Source: Geopsychrobacteraceae bacterium
Lineage (GTDB): Bacteria; Desulfobacterota; Desulfuromonadia; Desulfuromonadales; Geopsychrobacteraceae
Direction: 5' to 3'
NCBI GenBank assembly: GCA_963662315.1
Contig: OY759353.1
Coordinates: forward strand, 3,456,001 to 3,520,000
DNA length: 64,000 nt
The notes below the pieces were generated by a model, which was not told the origin of the DNA, did no database searches, and saw only the letters and a list, made by a program, of their open reading frames with translations. The position numbers and the translations under genes are program-made. How positions within the stretch are numbered: position 1 is the stretch's first letter; each line of letters begins with the position of its first letter. Positions 9,983 to 19,489 of this stretch are shown one piece after another.

Positions 9983-10163
9983 TATCAAAGCCCGGAGCAG
10001 TTCCGGGAAAAACATGTCACAAACTCGAAATTTCCAAGATTGGCTGGTCTGGATTCGGGGTAGAGGTCAAGTTTTTCTCAACGCTCCACTCAGTTCTTGC
10101 CAATTATGAACAAGCAGCAAAGCATGTTCTTAATGCTATCGGCAAAAATAAAGGGACAATAAG

Positions 10164-11372
10164 ATGGGAACTCTGCCTCAATTCACTCCGTTCATCCCTG
10201 GAAATACCTCAAGTCTTGAAGATTTGGCATTAGATATAGTTCAAAAATCTGCAGCATTAGGAGGCCGGCAACATAAGATAACTTTGCGCTCTCTTCGGGA
10301 TCTATTGAGAGTTATAAATAGCTATTATTCTAACCAGATAGAAGGGAATAACATACACCCTTTCGATATCGTACGAGCAATGAATAAAGATTACGACGTC
10401 GAACCCGCAAAGAGAAACTTGCAACAGGAAAGCGTTGCTCACATTGAAGTGCAAAAGAGAATGGAAGCAAGGCTTGAAAAGGAATCCGATCTCGTTGTGA
10501 CTTCTGCGGATTATCTTAAATTCTTGCACTACGAATTTTACAGTCTTACTCCAGATGAGTTCCGTGTCGTAACAGACCCCCAAACAGGAAAAAAGGATTA
10601 TGTCATACCTGGTGAATTTCGGCATAGCGAAGTTCAGGTCGGTAGACATATCCCACCCTGCCATAGTGATATTTCTCTTCTTATGGACAGATTTAATGAA
10701 GCTTACCTGCCAGCTCGGCATCACGGAGTTAAGAAATTGATTGCTGCAGCTGCAGCTCATCACCGGCTTATGTGGTTGCACCCGTTTTTAGATGGGAATG
10801 GTCGAGTTGCAAGGCTTTTTACCGAATCTTATTTGCTCAATATTCCGGTCGAGGGTTTTGGGATTTGGTCGGTAAGCCGCGGTCTTGCCAGAAAATCAAC
10901 CGAATATAAGGCAACTCTCAGCCACGCGGATGCACAAAGAAGAAATGATCTCGATGGGCGTGGGAATTTATCAGATGAAGGGTTAAGCCAATTTTGTCAT
11001 TTTTTCCTTAAAACATGCCTGGATCAAGTGGACTATATGAATGGTTTACTTCAGTTGGATGGCATGGTTGATAGGATTAAGGGATATATCGAGTTACGCA
11101 ACAAAAATATGGCTTTTGGACCATCCAACGTGGCCTCTCCTCTTAAAATGGAAGCAGCTAATATGCTCCAGGAGGTCCTTGTGCGGGGGGAAATTTCAAG
11201 AGGGGAGATATGTGCTGCCTCAGGTTTAAAGGAAAGAACGGCCCGTGAGCTCTTGGGGCAACTTATAGAAGAAAACCTACTTTTGACTAATTCTCCAAAA
11301 GGCCCAGTTCGTATGGGTTTCCCTGTCCATGTTGCAGGCTGGATTTTTCCAGAACTGTATCCCCGGCAATAG
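10164..11372 (+). CDS. Fic family AMP-transferase, class II (N-terminal inhibitory motif), C-terminal wHTH
   Basis: Canonical HPFLDGNGRVAR; inhibitory SNQIEG (SxxxEG); C-terminal GLKERTARELL HTH. Confidence 0.9.
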   Translation: MGTLPQFTPFIPGNTSSLEDLALDIVQKSAALGGRQHKITLRSLRDLLRVINSYYSNQIEGNNIHPFDIVRAMNKDYDVEPAKRNLQQESVAHIEVQKRMEARLEKESDLVVTSADYLKFLHYEFYSLTPDEFRVVTDPQTGKKDYVIPGEFRHSEVQVGRHIPPCHSDISLLMDRFNEAYLPARHHGVKKLIAAAAAHHRLMWLHPFLDGNGRVARLFTESYLLNIPVEGFGIWSVSRGLARKSTEYKATLSHADAQRRNDLDGRGNLSDEGLSQFCHFFLKTCLDQVDYMNGLLQLDGMVDRIKGYIELRNKNMAFGPSNVASPLKMEAANMLQEVLVRGEISRGEICAASGLKERTARELLGQLIEENLLLTNSPKGPVRMGFPVHVAGWIFPELYPRQ

Positions 11373-11644
11373 CGAAAAGTCTCGATATGAGGATAACCCC
11401 GATTCAGCACCAGGAGTTGGCTGCATAATTTCTACTTCTGAACCCTGTTAAGAATGGGGGGAATACCCTTCAAGCTCTAATGTTGTGTTCCGCAACCGCT
11501 TTGAAGATTTATAATTGTTGGTTGTTGTATGGGGAATTTAGTCCTATTCTGTCAACGTGATTGATATTTAATTTAGAAAATTTTGAACTCTACCGGATGA
11601 AGTTGATACTTTTGCGGATAGTTAAACTGGAAAGATCTGAATCT

Positions 11645-11677
11645 GGCCTAATCTGATATTGATTTTCAGATTAGGCC
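11645..11677. terminator. Inverted repeat between convergent fic and subtilase genes
   Basis: ggcctaatctga-loop-tcagattaggcc. Confidence 0.55.
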
Positions 11678-11749
11678 GGAAGACATTATGGAGATTGGCT
11701 GTTTGGTATGTTTTGCTGACTTCAACGGCATGTATCCTAGGAAGAGACT

Positions 11750-14233
11750 TTAGGTCAAGATTTCAACGACAGGGCTAATCGCCGCTGCTACTGGGTTGTA
11801 AATATCCATTTCGATGTCAGGCGTTTTGATCGTTACTACTAAAGAATAACGAGCCATTTTTTCCAACCGTCCAAGTTGATGACGTTCCCGCCACCAGCCA
11901 ATTACCGGATACACACCAATAAATCCACGTTCCGCCAGGTCTGCGGCTGTTCCTGTCCATCGATCACTGTGGATTGACCCAAGGCTTCTGATACCGGGGC
12001 CAAATTGCCAGTCTGAGGAATCACTGGATGTCGAGTTTCCGAGCTCTTCATCTCTGGCCGCTTGGTTGATTCTGGCCCTAAATTGGTCGAGAGTTTCTGT
12101 CGGCCTTTTAACCTCGAAGCGAAGCCCATGTGACATGTAGCGATGTTTTTTAGTCCAGCCACGGCGGGCAGGGTTTGGTTCTATGAAATATGAGAGAGTC
12201 ACTTTCATTTCTACGGATGTTTCCCCAAGCTTCTGTAAAACATCTTGAGGCCAGGGAATCGCATGGATATGCATGTCTTTGGTTTTAATTTTCCCTTCAA
12301 TTTTAGCGTAAGGTTGTAGTGCTTCCTGAGCGATAAGTGTCAACGAATTTTGAGCACTCCAAAGAAGGGGCTGCAGTCTTGGGACGCCAAAACCGAAACA
12401 TCGCAAAAGATACTCTGCTGCCTTTCTTGGGGACAGTCCAGCGGCTTGGACGCGTTGGTGCATTTCGGGGGTCCATTCCGCTGAATGAACCAGAAGTGCT
12501 CGCAATGTTTCCGGCCAGAATTCCGGGTACTGGCTTTGTAGAAGTGCAGACATATGTGAGGCAAGAGCTGTTGCGGCACTGGTTTCTCTGCTGGTGATGA
12601 GAAGCGTGTCTGTCGGACGGTAGTATGTTGACAGCAACTCCAGACTATCAACAAAGTCGGCAGTTCCTGTGCCGGGGTCAAGCCCCATGTTGCCACCCTC
12701 AACGACAATTTCTGGTTTTATCGGCCAGGGACGTTCCCAGATTACAGAGGTTGTACTTGAGGGGCTGAGGTCGCCTGGTGGGGCAATGGGAGTCCACCCG
12801 GGAAACTCGTTTTCGTCAATGGTTTGCTTTTCAGTATATGCGCCGACGGTTACGGCATTCCAAGATTGACCCGGGTCGTGGATGGCATCTGTAATATTGC
12901 TATCTGGGTATAAATGCCTATCGCTCAGGTCTGTGTTCCCGGCTGAAATGATCACCAACCGCTGCGTTTCATCGAAAGATCCAGAAGTGAGGGAATCGAT
13001 TGATGCAGACCATTCTGACGGTTGCCCTCGATCTCGAAAGTCTGTTGTTGTTACGGCCATAGATATGACGCGTTTGCGCTCGGGGGCCTGGATTTCTGCT
13101 CGGGCAATCCCTTCTCTGGTAATGGCTCCATAAAGATGCGCAGGATTCTGCCCATGGCCTCTTGGTGGAAGAATTTTAACGGATTCCAGTCGATGGCGGA
13201 GGGTTATGGGGGACGGACTTGCCAGTATGTCCATGAGGTCCCCATAAAGTGCTAAGCCAGCCATTTCGGTTCCGTGTCCGTCGTGATCTGAGGGCCCCCA
13301 GGCGGGATGGTAAGAGTGAAGATCCTCTACAGCAAGGGCAGGCGCAATGAGAGGATGTTGTTGGGTGATGCCAGTATCAAGAATGCACACAGCGGGAGCA
13401 TGTTCCGCTGGAGGCGAAAGCGTTTCGAGGGTAGCATTTACCCATTCTGATTGCTGGACTGGGGGCATTCCTGAAAAAAAGTCCGCAGTTTCCTTGGCTT
13501 TTCTGAGCTCAGCAACGCAATCAAGTAATGATATCGATCTCGCCATCTGTGACTTTGTGCCTTGAGCGAGAACGACAGTGCGGTCTGGGAATTTTGATAT
13601 CTCGGCACTGACTGTCAGGCCAATACGAGCGGCATGTGTTGAAAAGAAATCGAGGATACTGCTTCGATCCTCGTCAGAGCGAAGCCAAACTTCCCATGTT
13701 ATGGGATCATTTTCTGTTGGTAGCATTTCATAACTGTCAGTCCATAAGGCATCCAGTACCGCCAGATGAATATCTGATATGCCATCAACCAGATCTTTGT
13801 TCTTGGGCTTCCCTTTTTCAGTCGTCTTGTCGCGATAGGCGGTAAGTATTTTTTCAAAATGTGTCAATTTTCCTTCTGGAACAAATACCGTTGCAAGCGT
13901 TTTTTCGTCAATTTTTTTGCTGCTAAGCAGCTCAATCCCTTGGGGTGCATTTTCTAGGCTTTCAAATTTGAGGTCAAAATCCGGATCGCTTTCAAATTCC
14001 AGATAGATGCCCGTTTGGGCATCTATCCCAAAAGCAGATCTCTCTTGTTTGAGGGCTTCTGCGTCTTCCTTTACCTGATCGAGTTTTTCAAAAAGGTCTT
14101 GAGCGTGTTGCTGTCTGTTGCGGTCAGGGAGGCGGAGACTTTTTCCTCTTGCAGGTTTAGGCGTGGTATATGGTTCCGTAGTGGCTGTTTTGGAAACCAA
14201 TAAATGTGGTAGTCCCTCTCCAATTTCCGACAT
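11750..14233 (-). CDS. S8 (subtilisin-like) serine protease, IetS-like
   Basis: Triad ILDTG / DGHGTEMAG / ETSAATA; IISAGN; no signal peptide; directly downstream of an AAA ATPase. Confidence 0.88.
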   Translation of the reverse strand: MSEIGEGLPHLLVSKTATTEPYTTPKPARGKSLRLPDRNRQQHAQDLFEKLDQVKEDAEALKQERSAFGIDAQTGIYLEFESDPDFDLKFESLENAPQGIELLSSKKIDEKTLATVFVPEGKLTHFEKILTAYRDKTTEKGKPKNKDLVDGISDIHLAVLDALWTDSYEMLPTENDPITWEVWLRSDEDRSSILDFFSTHAARIGLTVSAEISKFPDRTVVLAQGTKSQMARSISLLDCVAELRKAKETADFFSGMPPVQQSEWVNATLETLSPPAEHAPAVCILDTGITQQHPLIAPALAVEDLHSYHPAWGPSDHDGHGTEMAGLALYGDLMDILASPSPITLRHRLESVKILPPRGHGQNPAHLYGAITREGIARAEIQAPERKRVISMAVTTTDFRDRGQPSEWSASIDSLTSGSFDETQRLVIISAGNTDLSDRHLYPDSNITDAIHDPGQSWNAVTVGAYTEKQTIDENEFPGWTPIAPPGDLSPSSTTSVIWERPWPIKPEIVVEGGNMGLDPGTGTADFVDSLELLSTYYRPTDTLLITSRETSAATALASHMSALLQSQYPEFWPETLRALLVHSAEWTPEMHQRVQAAGLSPRKAAEYLLRCFGFGVPRLQPLLWSAQNSLTLIAQEALQPYAKIEGKIKTKDMHIHAIPWPQDVLQKLGETSVEMKVTLSYFIEPNPARRGWTKKHRYMSHGLRFEVKRPTETLDQFRARINQAARDEELGNSTSSDSSDWQFGPGIRSLGSIHSDRWTGTAADLAERGFIGVYPVIGWWRERHQLGRLEKMARYSLVVTIKTPDIEMDIYNPVAAAISPVVEILT

Positions 14234-14262
14234 TATATTAAATCCTTCTCTGGTTTTAGATG

Positions 14263-15240
14263 TTATCTACGAAAGGATAGCCGTTCTTGAAGCGGTTTTA
14301 GTAAATCATTTGTAGATATCGCTAAGCGGTCATGGATTATTGCATCCTTGATGGCATCTTCACAGGCTTTGGTGATATCTCCGTAGCTAAGTCCTTCGGC
14401 ACTCTCTGCGAGAATTTTCCAATCAATATTTTCTTTTTTAAAGTTAGATAATTTATTGATGATAGTTTGCTCTATCAGTTCTCTAGGAGGAATCTCAAAT
14501 TCGATAACATCATCAAAACGCCGAAAGAGAGCATGGTCTAGAATTTCAGGATGATTGGTTGCTGCCAAAATAAGGCTGTCCGAATCATCCTGTTCTATCA
14601 GTTGAAGGAAACTATTCAAAATTCGTCTAATTTCTCCGACATCATTAAGCAGGCCTCTTTGTGAGCCAATAGCATCAAATTCATCAAATAGGTAGACTCC
14701 TCGGGTTTGGGCAAGTGCATCAAAAATCAGCCGTAGCTTGGCCGCCGTTTCACCCATATATTTCGTCATCAGGCTATCAAGGCGAACAGTGAAGAGAGGT
14801 AAACCAAGCTCTCCAGCTAAAACAGAAGCCGACATCGTTTTTCCTGTGCCAGGAAGTCCTTCGAGGAGAAGCTTTTTTCTTGGAGTCAGGCCATAGGATC
14901 TAATTTTTTTTATTTGTCTCTGCTCTTTAATCAGTCTTTTTAGGCGACTGGAGATGTTCTCGTGAAGAACCATATCCGAAAGTCGGAGTTTAGGATAAGA
15001 GACTGAAAGTAAGGTGGAGAGTTCTCCACGAGGGGCAGTAATTGGTATGGGCTGTGCTGCAGCTTTGGCTACACTTTTTGACTTGGCTTCGTCAATGAGG
15101 GCCCTTAATTCTTGAGCAAGTCTGCCGTGGCCTCTTTTTGCTTCGGCTGCTGCTACTTGCATTGCAACTGCAAAAAAATGAGAATCGTCGCCATCAATAT
15201 GTGATTTAAGTAAAGCTTTTAATTGATCTGCTTTTGCCAT
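14263..15240 (-). CDS. AAA+ ATPase, IetA-like
   Basis: MAKADQLKALLKSH N-terminus, Walker A GLPGTGKT, Walker B YLFDEFD, AATNH..LD.ALFRRFD. Confidence 0.9.
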   Translation of the reverse strand: MAKADQLKALLKSHIDGDDSHFFAVAMQVAAAEAKRGHGRLAQELRALIDEAKSKSVAKAAAQPIPITAPRGELSTLLSVSYPKLRLSDMVLHENISSRLKRLIKEQRQIKKIRSYGLTPRKKLLLEGLPGTGKTMSASVLAGELGLPLFTVRLDSLMTKYMGETAAKLRLIFDALAQTRGVYLFDEFDAIGSQRGLLNDVGEIRRILNSFLQLIEQDDSDSLILAATNHPEILDHALFRRFDDVIEFEIPPRELIEQTIINKLSNFKKENIDWKILAESAEGLSYGDITKACEDAIKDAIIHDRLAISTNDLLKPLQERLSFRR

Positions 15241-15413
15241 AATTTTTTCTTTCGAAAAACAGTATGAGCATTTGTAAATATCCATTTGCTCTATATTATA
15301 ACTGTTTTATCATTTATTTCAGGATAGGTGTAACCCCAAAATACAGGTTTGTGACGTAATATTACACGGTTCGGGACTGTAATTCACCTTTCTATTTGAA
15401 GAATCAGAGCATT

Positions 15414-16378
15414 TTACCCAAGCTTTCGGGCCAAGTCTTCAGCTTTCAAATGTGTATACCTTTTCAGCATTTGCAGAGTCTTGTGGCCAGTAATGCTGGC
15501 AACTTCCATAGGGTTTAGTCCCTTTTCAAAAAGTAGAGAGCAAGCTTTATGGCGCAGGTCATGCCACCGAAGATCCTCAATTTTTAATTTTTCACAAGCC
15601 TCCCGAAACGATTTGCTGACATGAGCGCCGCTGACCCCAAAAACTTTACCATCAATACGGCGTGGTAGTTTATTAAGTACGTTTACCGCTTTAGATGAAA
15701 GGGGGACGTTCCGGGGTTCGCTGTTTTTGGTTCCTGGTAGATGGGCTACCCGGCGAATCAGGTTTATGTCTTTCCATTCCAATGAAAGAAGTTCGCCTTG
15801 CCTCATGGCTGTTTCCAGTGCAATTTGAAAAAGAGGTTTCAGGGTGATTCCGAGTGAGGCTAACAGAAGTTCTTCCTCACCTGGTTGTAGCCGTCGATCA
15901 CGTCCTTTCGGCATTTTTGGGCGTGAAATTTTAGCTATTGGGTTGTCTAGAGATTCCATTCCCCATTCCTTGTGAGCCACATTGAATAAATTAGAAAGAA
16001 GCATCAGCTCATTATTAACTGTATAGGGAATCTTCCCTTCTTCAAGGCGTTGATCACGGTATTTCGCAATATCGGTGCTACGGATAGTGGAAAGAAACCG
16101 ACTGGCTAAATCTGAACGCTTAAAAAGATTAATCCGATTAGCTTCTTGTGCTGCACCTTTTTTATGTGGAGTTTTCAGCGATCCAACGCCTCATCCAGTG
16201 TGGTGTTTTCAGCTTCTTTTCTCGAAACGAAAATACCATCATCCATTTCTGTTTCGATTTTACGAGCCCAGCGAGCAGCATCCTCATAGGTTTCGAAAGT
16301 TTTCGTCTGTTTCGGCCATCCTCTGCGTCTGATTTTAACTTGTCACTGATAAGGTCCACGCTTGTTGATTGATGCCAA
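15414..16378 (-). pseudogene. Tyrosine recombinase / integrase pseudogene
   Basis: TTG 16378 reads MASINKRGPYQ*QVKIRRRGWPKQTKTF..TTLDEALDR* (TGA at 16345-16343 and 16177-16175). A frameshift leads into TPHKKG..; the catalytic domain has TAMRQGEL, TKN, HDLRH, GHKT..RYTH. Confidence 0.85.
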
Positions 16379-16446
16379 AATCCCCCCCCCCGAAAAACTG
16401 CGAGTGTCACAACAATGACATTGAAGGGTGTTTTTTGCTAGTAGGA

Positions 16447-16489
16447 AAAACAAAAGGTTACAGTGTTTATCACTGTAACCTTTTGTTTT
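16447..16489. terminator. Hairpin immediately 3' of selC
   Basis: aaaacaaaaggttacagtg-N5-cactgtaaccttttgtttt perfect inverted repeat. Confidence 0.7.
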
Positions 16490-16497
16490 CATTGAAT

Positions 16498-16593
16498 TGG
16501 CGGAGGTAGATGAGAATCGAACTCACCAGGGACGGGATACGCCCCCCATCGGTTTTGAAGACCGTGAGCCTCACCAGAGAACTGACTACCTCC
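16498..16593 (-). tRNA. selC: tRNA-Sec (anticodon TCA)
   Basis: Minus strand GGAGGTAG...CGGTC TTCAAA ACCG, long variable arm, TTCGATT, CTACCTCC-G-CCA; 8-bp acceptor stem; ~96 nt. Confidence 0.95.
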
Positions 16594-16694
16594 GTATTTA
16601 TTGCAATATTTGGATTCTACGGACATCTTATGATTTTCTCAATAACGAAAATATCTTCCATCTGTTTTATCCATAAAGTCCGTATGTTTTGGTT

Positions 16695-17888
16695 TCATAG
16701 CAGCTGTACGTCAATAACTTCGTCACTGGCAAAGGAATCCTTGCCTGCAGGCAATATGGCATAGCCATTGGCTGCGGCCAGAGTGCTGAGGGCTCCGGTA
16801 TTTTGGTCTCCAGCACTGGCCGCACAGAGTTCACCCTGCTCATTATGGGTGATGCTCAGTCGGACAACCTGGTTTATCCCGGTTTTTTTCTTCAGGGGTT
16901 CTGTCAGTTTAGCGCGATAAGTTGGCCGATAGATGTCCTTGTGCCCCATCATTTTCAGGAGTGCCGGCCTGGCCAGCAGCTCAAATAATGTCATGGTGGC
17001 AACCGGGTTACCCGGCAGAGCAAACACCGGAACCTTGTTGCACAGGCCGAAAGCGGTCGGTTTGCCCGGACGCAGGTCGACTTTCCAGAAGACTTCGCGG
17101 TAGCCCTTTTCTTCAAGAATTTCACGGACCAGATCACGATCACCGGCCGATACCCCGGCCGATGTAATCAGTACATCGAAGTGGAGCCCATCGCTGATTC
17201 GTTCGCGTAACCTCTCTTTATTATCCTGAGCAATGCCAAGTAAAATGGGAATGGCATTAATCTCCTTCAGTGCTGCAGCCAACCCCGGTGAATTACTGTT
17301 CACCACCCCTCCAGGGAGTAGCGGCTCACCAATTTCCTGTAATTCATCTCCGGTAGCCAGGATGGCAACGCGCAGCTGGCGTGTTACCGGAACATGAGTA
17401 AATTGAAGAGCGGCAAGCAGGTTGATCAAACCTGGAGTTAGCTTGGTGCCAGCTGTCACCAGGGTCTGCCCATAGCCGACATCTTCTCCGGCGTGACGGA
17501 TATTTGCCCCCAGCGCAACAGGTTTGATGATGGTGACCTCTTGCTCATCATAGGCACAATTTTCAATCGGGATAATCGTATCGGCTCCGTGTGGTACCGG
17601 TGCTCCGGTCATGATTTTACACATGGTGCCAGGAGTTAACCTGATATCTGTTGAGCTGCCTGCTGGAATAAAGCCCCTAATCGGTAATGTTTTGGTCTCT
17701 TCTGTGTCTTTAAACGCAAAAGCGAAGCCATCCATGGCTGAATTATCAAATGAAGGTAGCTGATGTTGTGCATGTAAATCTTCTATAACCGCCCGGCCAA
17801 CAGCTTCATTCAGTGCTAGCAGCTGTTTCGGAAGTGCAGATACATGTGCAAGCACCTGTTCGCGGGCCTGTTGTAAGGATATGGCCAT
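16695..17888 (-). CDS. moeA: Molybdopterin molybdenumtransferase
   Basis: PSFDNSAMDGFA, IMTGAPVP, ATGDEL, PGKP, LPGNP. Confidence 0.93.
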   Translation of the reverse strand: MAISLQQAREQVLAHVSALPKQLLALNEAVGRAVIEDLHAQHQLPSFDNSAMDGFAFAFKDTEETKTLPIRGFIPAGSSTDIRLTPGTMCKIMTGAPVPHGADTIIPIENCAYDEQEVTIIKPVALGANIRHAGEDVGYGQTLVTAGTKLTPGLINLLAALQFTHVPVTRQLRVAILATGDELQEIGEPLLPGGVVNSNSPGLAAALKEINAIPILLGIAQDNKERLRERISDGLHFDVLITSAGVSAGDRDLVREILEEKGYREVFWKVDLRPGKPTAFGLCNKVPVFALPGNPVATMTLFELLARPALLKMMGHKDIYRPTYRAKLTEPLKKKTGINQVVRLSITHNEQGELCAASAGDQNTGALSTLAAANGYAILPAGKDSFASDEVIDVQLL

Positions 17889-18013
17889 AAATACTCCTGA
17901 TGTCTGGTTATTGCTGCCAATCTAGCAGATTGTTATAGCCGTTTGCCAGTCAATATGGTCGGAATATTATGAGGGGAAAGAAGCAGGGGTATGGAAGGCT
18001 TAAGGGGTAATGA

Positions 18014-18055
18014 CTCTGCCTTCAGGTCACTCTAAGAGAGTGCCTGAAGGCAGAG
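18014..18055. terminator. Inverted repeat downstream of MOSC gene
   Basis: ctctgccttcagg...cctgaaggcagag. Confidence 0.6.
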
Positions 18056-18064
18056 CGTGAATTA

Positions 18065-18499
18065 TCAGTTCATTATTGCTACTGCATCCCCCGGTTTCAG
18101 AATGCCCTCTTTGATTACCTTGGCAAAAACTCCTTCTTTCGGCATGACACAATCTCCCGCCTGGTAAAAGATGGCGCAGCGATTATGGCATTCTTTACCA
18201 ATCTGAGTGATTTCAAGAAGCGACTCGCCGATCTGCAATCTGGTCCCTATCGGCAACTTAGGCAGCTCAATCCCTTCGGTCGTCAGATTCTCGGCAAAAT
18301 CACCGTTATCAACGTCAAGTCCCAGGGCGCGCATTTTGTCGATACTCTCTTTGGCGAGCAGACTGACCTGCCGGTGCCAGTTGCCGGCGTGGGCGTCCCC
18401 GACAATGCCATGATTCAGGCGTAATTCAACCTGGGCAACCGGAGTTTTACGTTCTCCTTTGTTTTTACTGATACATACAGCGAGTAGTTGTTGTGGCAT
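18065..18499 (-). CDS. MOSC domain protein (Moco sulfurase C-terminal)
   Basis: GIVGDAHAGNWHRQVSLL, GDFAENL, TQIGKECH..C..MPKEGVFAKV. Confidence 0.9.
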   Translation of the reverse strand: MPQQLLAVCISKNKGERKTPVAQVELRLNHGIVGDAHAGNWHRQVSLLAKESIDKMRALGLDVDNGDFAENLTTEGIELPKLPIGTRLQIGESLLEITQIGKECHNRCAIFYQAGDCVMPKEGVFAKVIKEGILKPGDAVAIMN

Positions 18500-19049
18500 A
18501 TCTAATTCCTCCTGTGTTTGTAATTTTGAAAATGTCAAAGCACCAACATGAAACCAGATGTAGAATATTGTAGTATCGAACTCAATAAAGCTAAAGAAAA
18601 TTGTTTATATAAATTGTAGGGTAATTAAAAATCTTTCTGTACGGTTGGTCTTATTGTGCGATCGACCATTTAGAGTCGTACTTTTTATGTAAATAAATAT
18701 TCCAAAAGTAATGGACAATCTTTTCTGTTAAAAAATCCGATACGGTCGGTGAAGAGTTATTAGCTTTTTCAATAAACATCAGCGCCAAGTGTGACATTTC
18801 TGGTCCTGATCCTGGTTATCATAAAGCAGTTAAGTCTCTGTAATAAAACAAATATCATCAACATAAGAAACTCTTATGAGGGTATGAGTAATTCAAATAA
18901 TCTGTATTTCTGAATATATTGGTAAAAAACTATTGTATTGAAATGAATCCAATGATAGAGAGAAAACAATATTTGAATATTTATATCAAGAAGAGTATGT
19001 GAATGCACCAGGGAGGTGTAGACAATTTTCCTAGCAAAGGAGTTGGACG

Positions 19050-19370
19050 ATGATGTGGAAAAAAGTTTTGTTGATTGGTTTGATTCTTAGTGCTTTTTGT
19101 GTCAGCAGTGTCTTGGCGGTTGACGGAGGGAACTCCCGTAAAGGGAAGCATCTCTATAAAAAGAACTGTAAAAGCTGCCACAGCGCTGGAGCTGAAGCAA
19201 AGGACTTGACGCCGATGTCGAAAACCATGAAGCAATGGGATCGTTTCTTCGAAAAAGCTGAGCATCCGGGCGACGTGTTCAAGAAAACCTCTGAAAAGGA
19301 TCTGAAAGACATTAACCAGTTCCTGTTCGATAAAGCAGCGGACTCCCCTTCTCCTGAAACATGCGGATAA
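19050..19370 (+). CDS. Periplasmic monoheme cytochrome c
   Basis: Signal peptide; CKSCH; C-terminal AADSPSPETCG. Confidence 0.85.
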   Translation: MMWKKVLLIGLILSAFCVSSVLAVDGGNSRKGKHLYKKNCKSCHSAGAEAKDLTPMSKTMKQWDRFFEKAEHPGDVFKKTSEKDLKDINQFLFDKAADSPSPETCG

Positions 19371-19489
19371 CAAATTAGTCAGCTGAGGTCCGCATTTTAC
19401 GGGCCTCAGCACATAAGATTCGAGCCAGGAATCTTATGTGCCCGCAGAAAGAGTATTCATTTTTAAAATTTCTTTGGGAGGATGTTCGC

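Larger units (their letters stand above)
8400..16497. mobile_element. Degenerate genomic island integrated at the selC 3' end, carrying defence/toxin genes (left boundary uncertain)
   Basis: Tyrosine integrase pseudogene next to the tRNA-Sec 3' end; visibly AT-richer sequence; cargo of HipA-like, Fic and IetAS-like genes; no clear att duplication found. Confidence 0.7.

Noticed and set aside
16343..16345. In-frame TGA in the integrase next to selC as selenocysteine
   Set aside because: The position corresponds to Trp rather than Cys, and a second stop and frameshift follow; simple pseudogenisation explains it
16382..16391. C10 homopolymer as a phase-variation switch for the integrase
   Set aside because: The downstream gene is already disrupted, so tract length changes could not restore function
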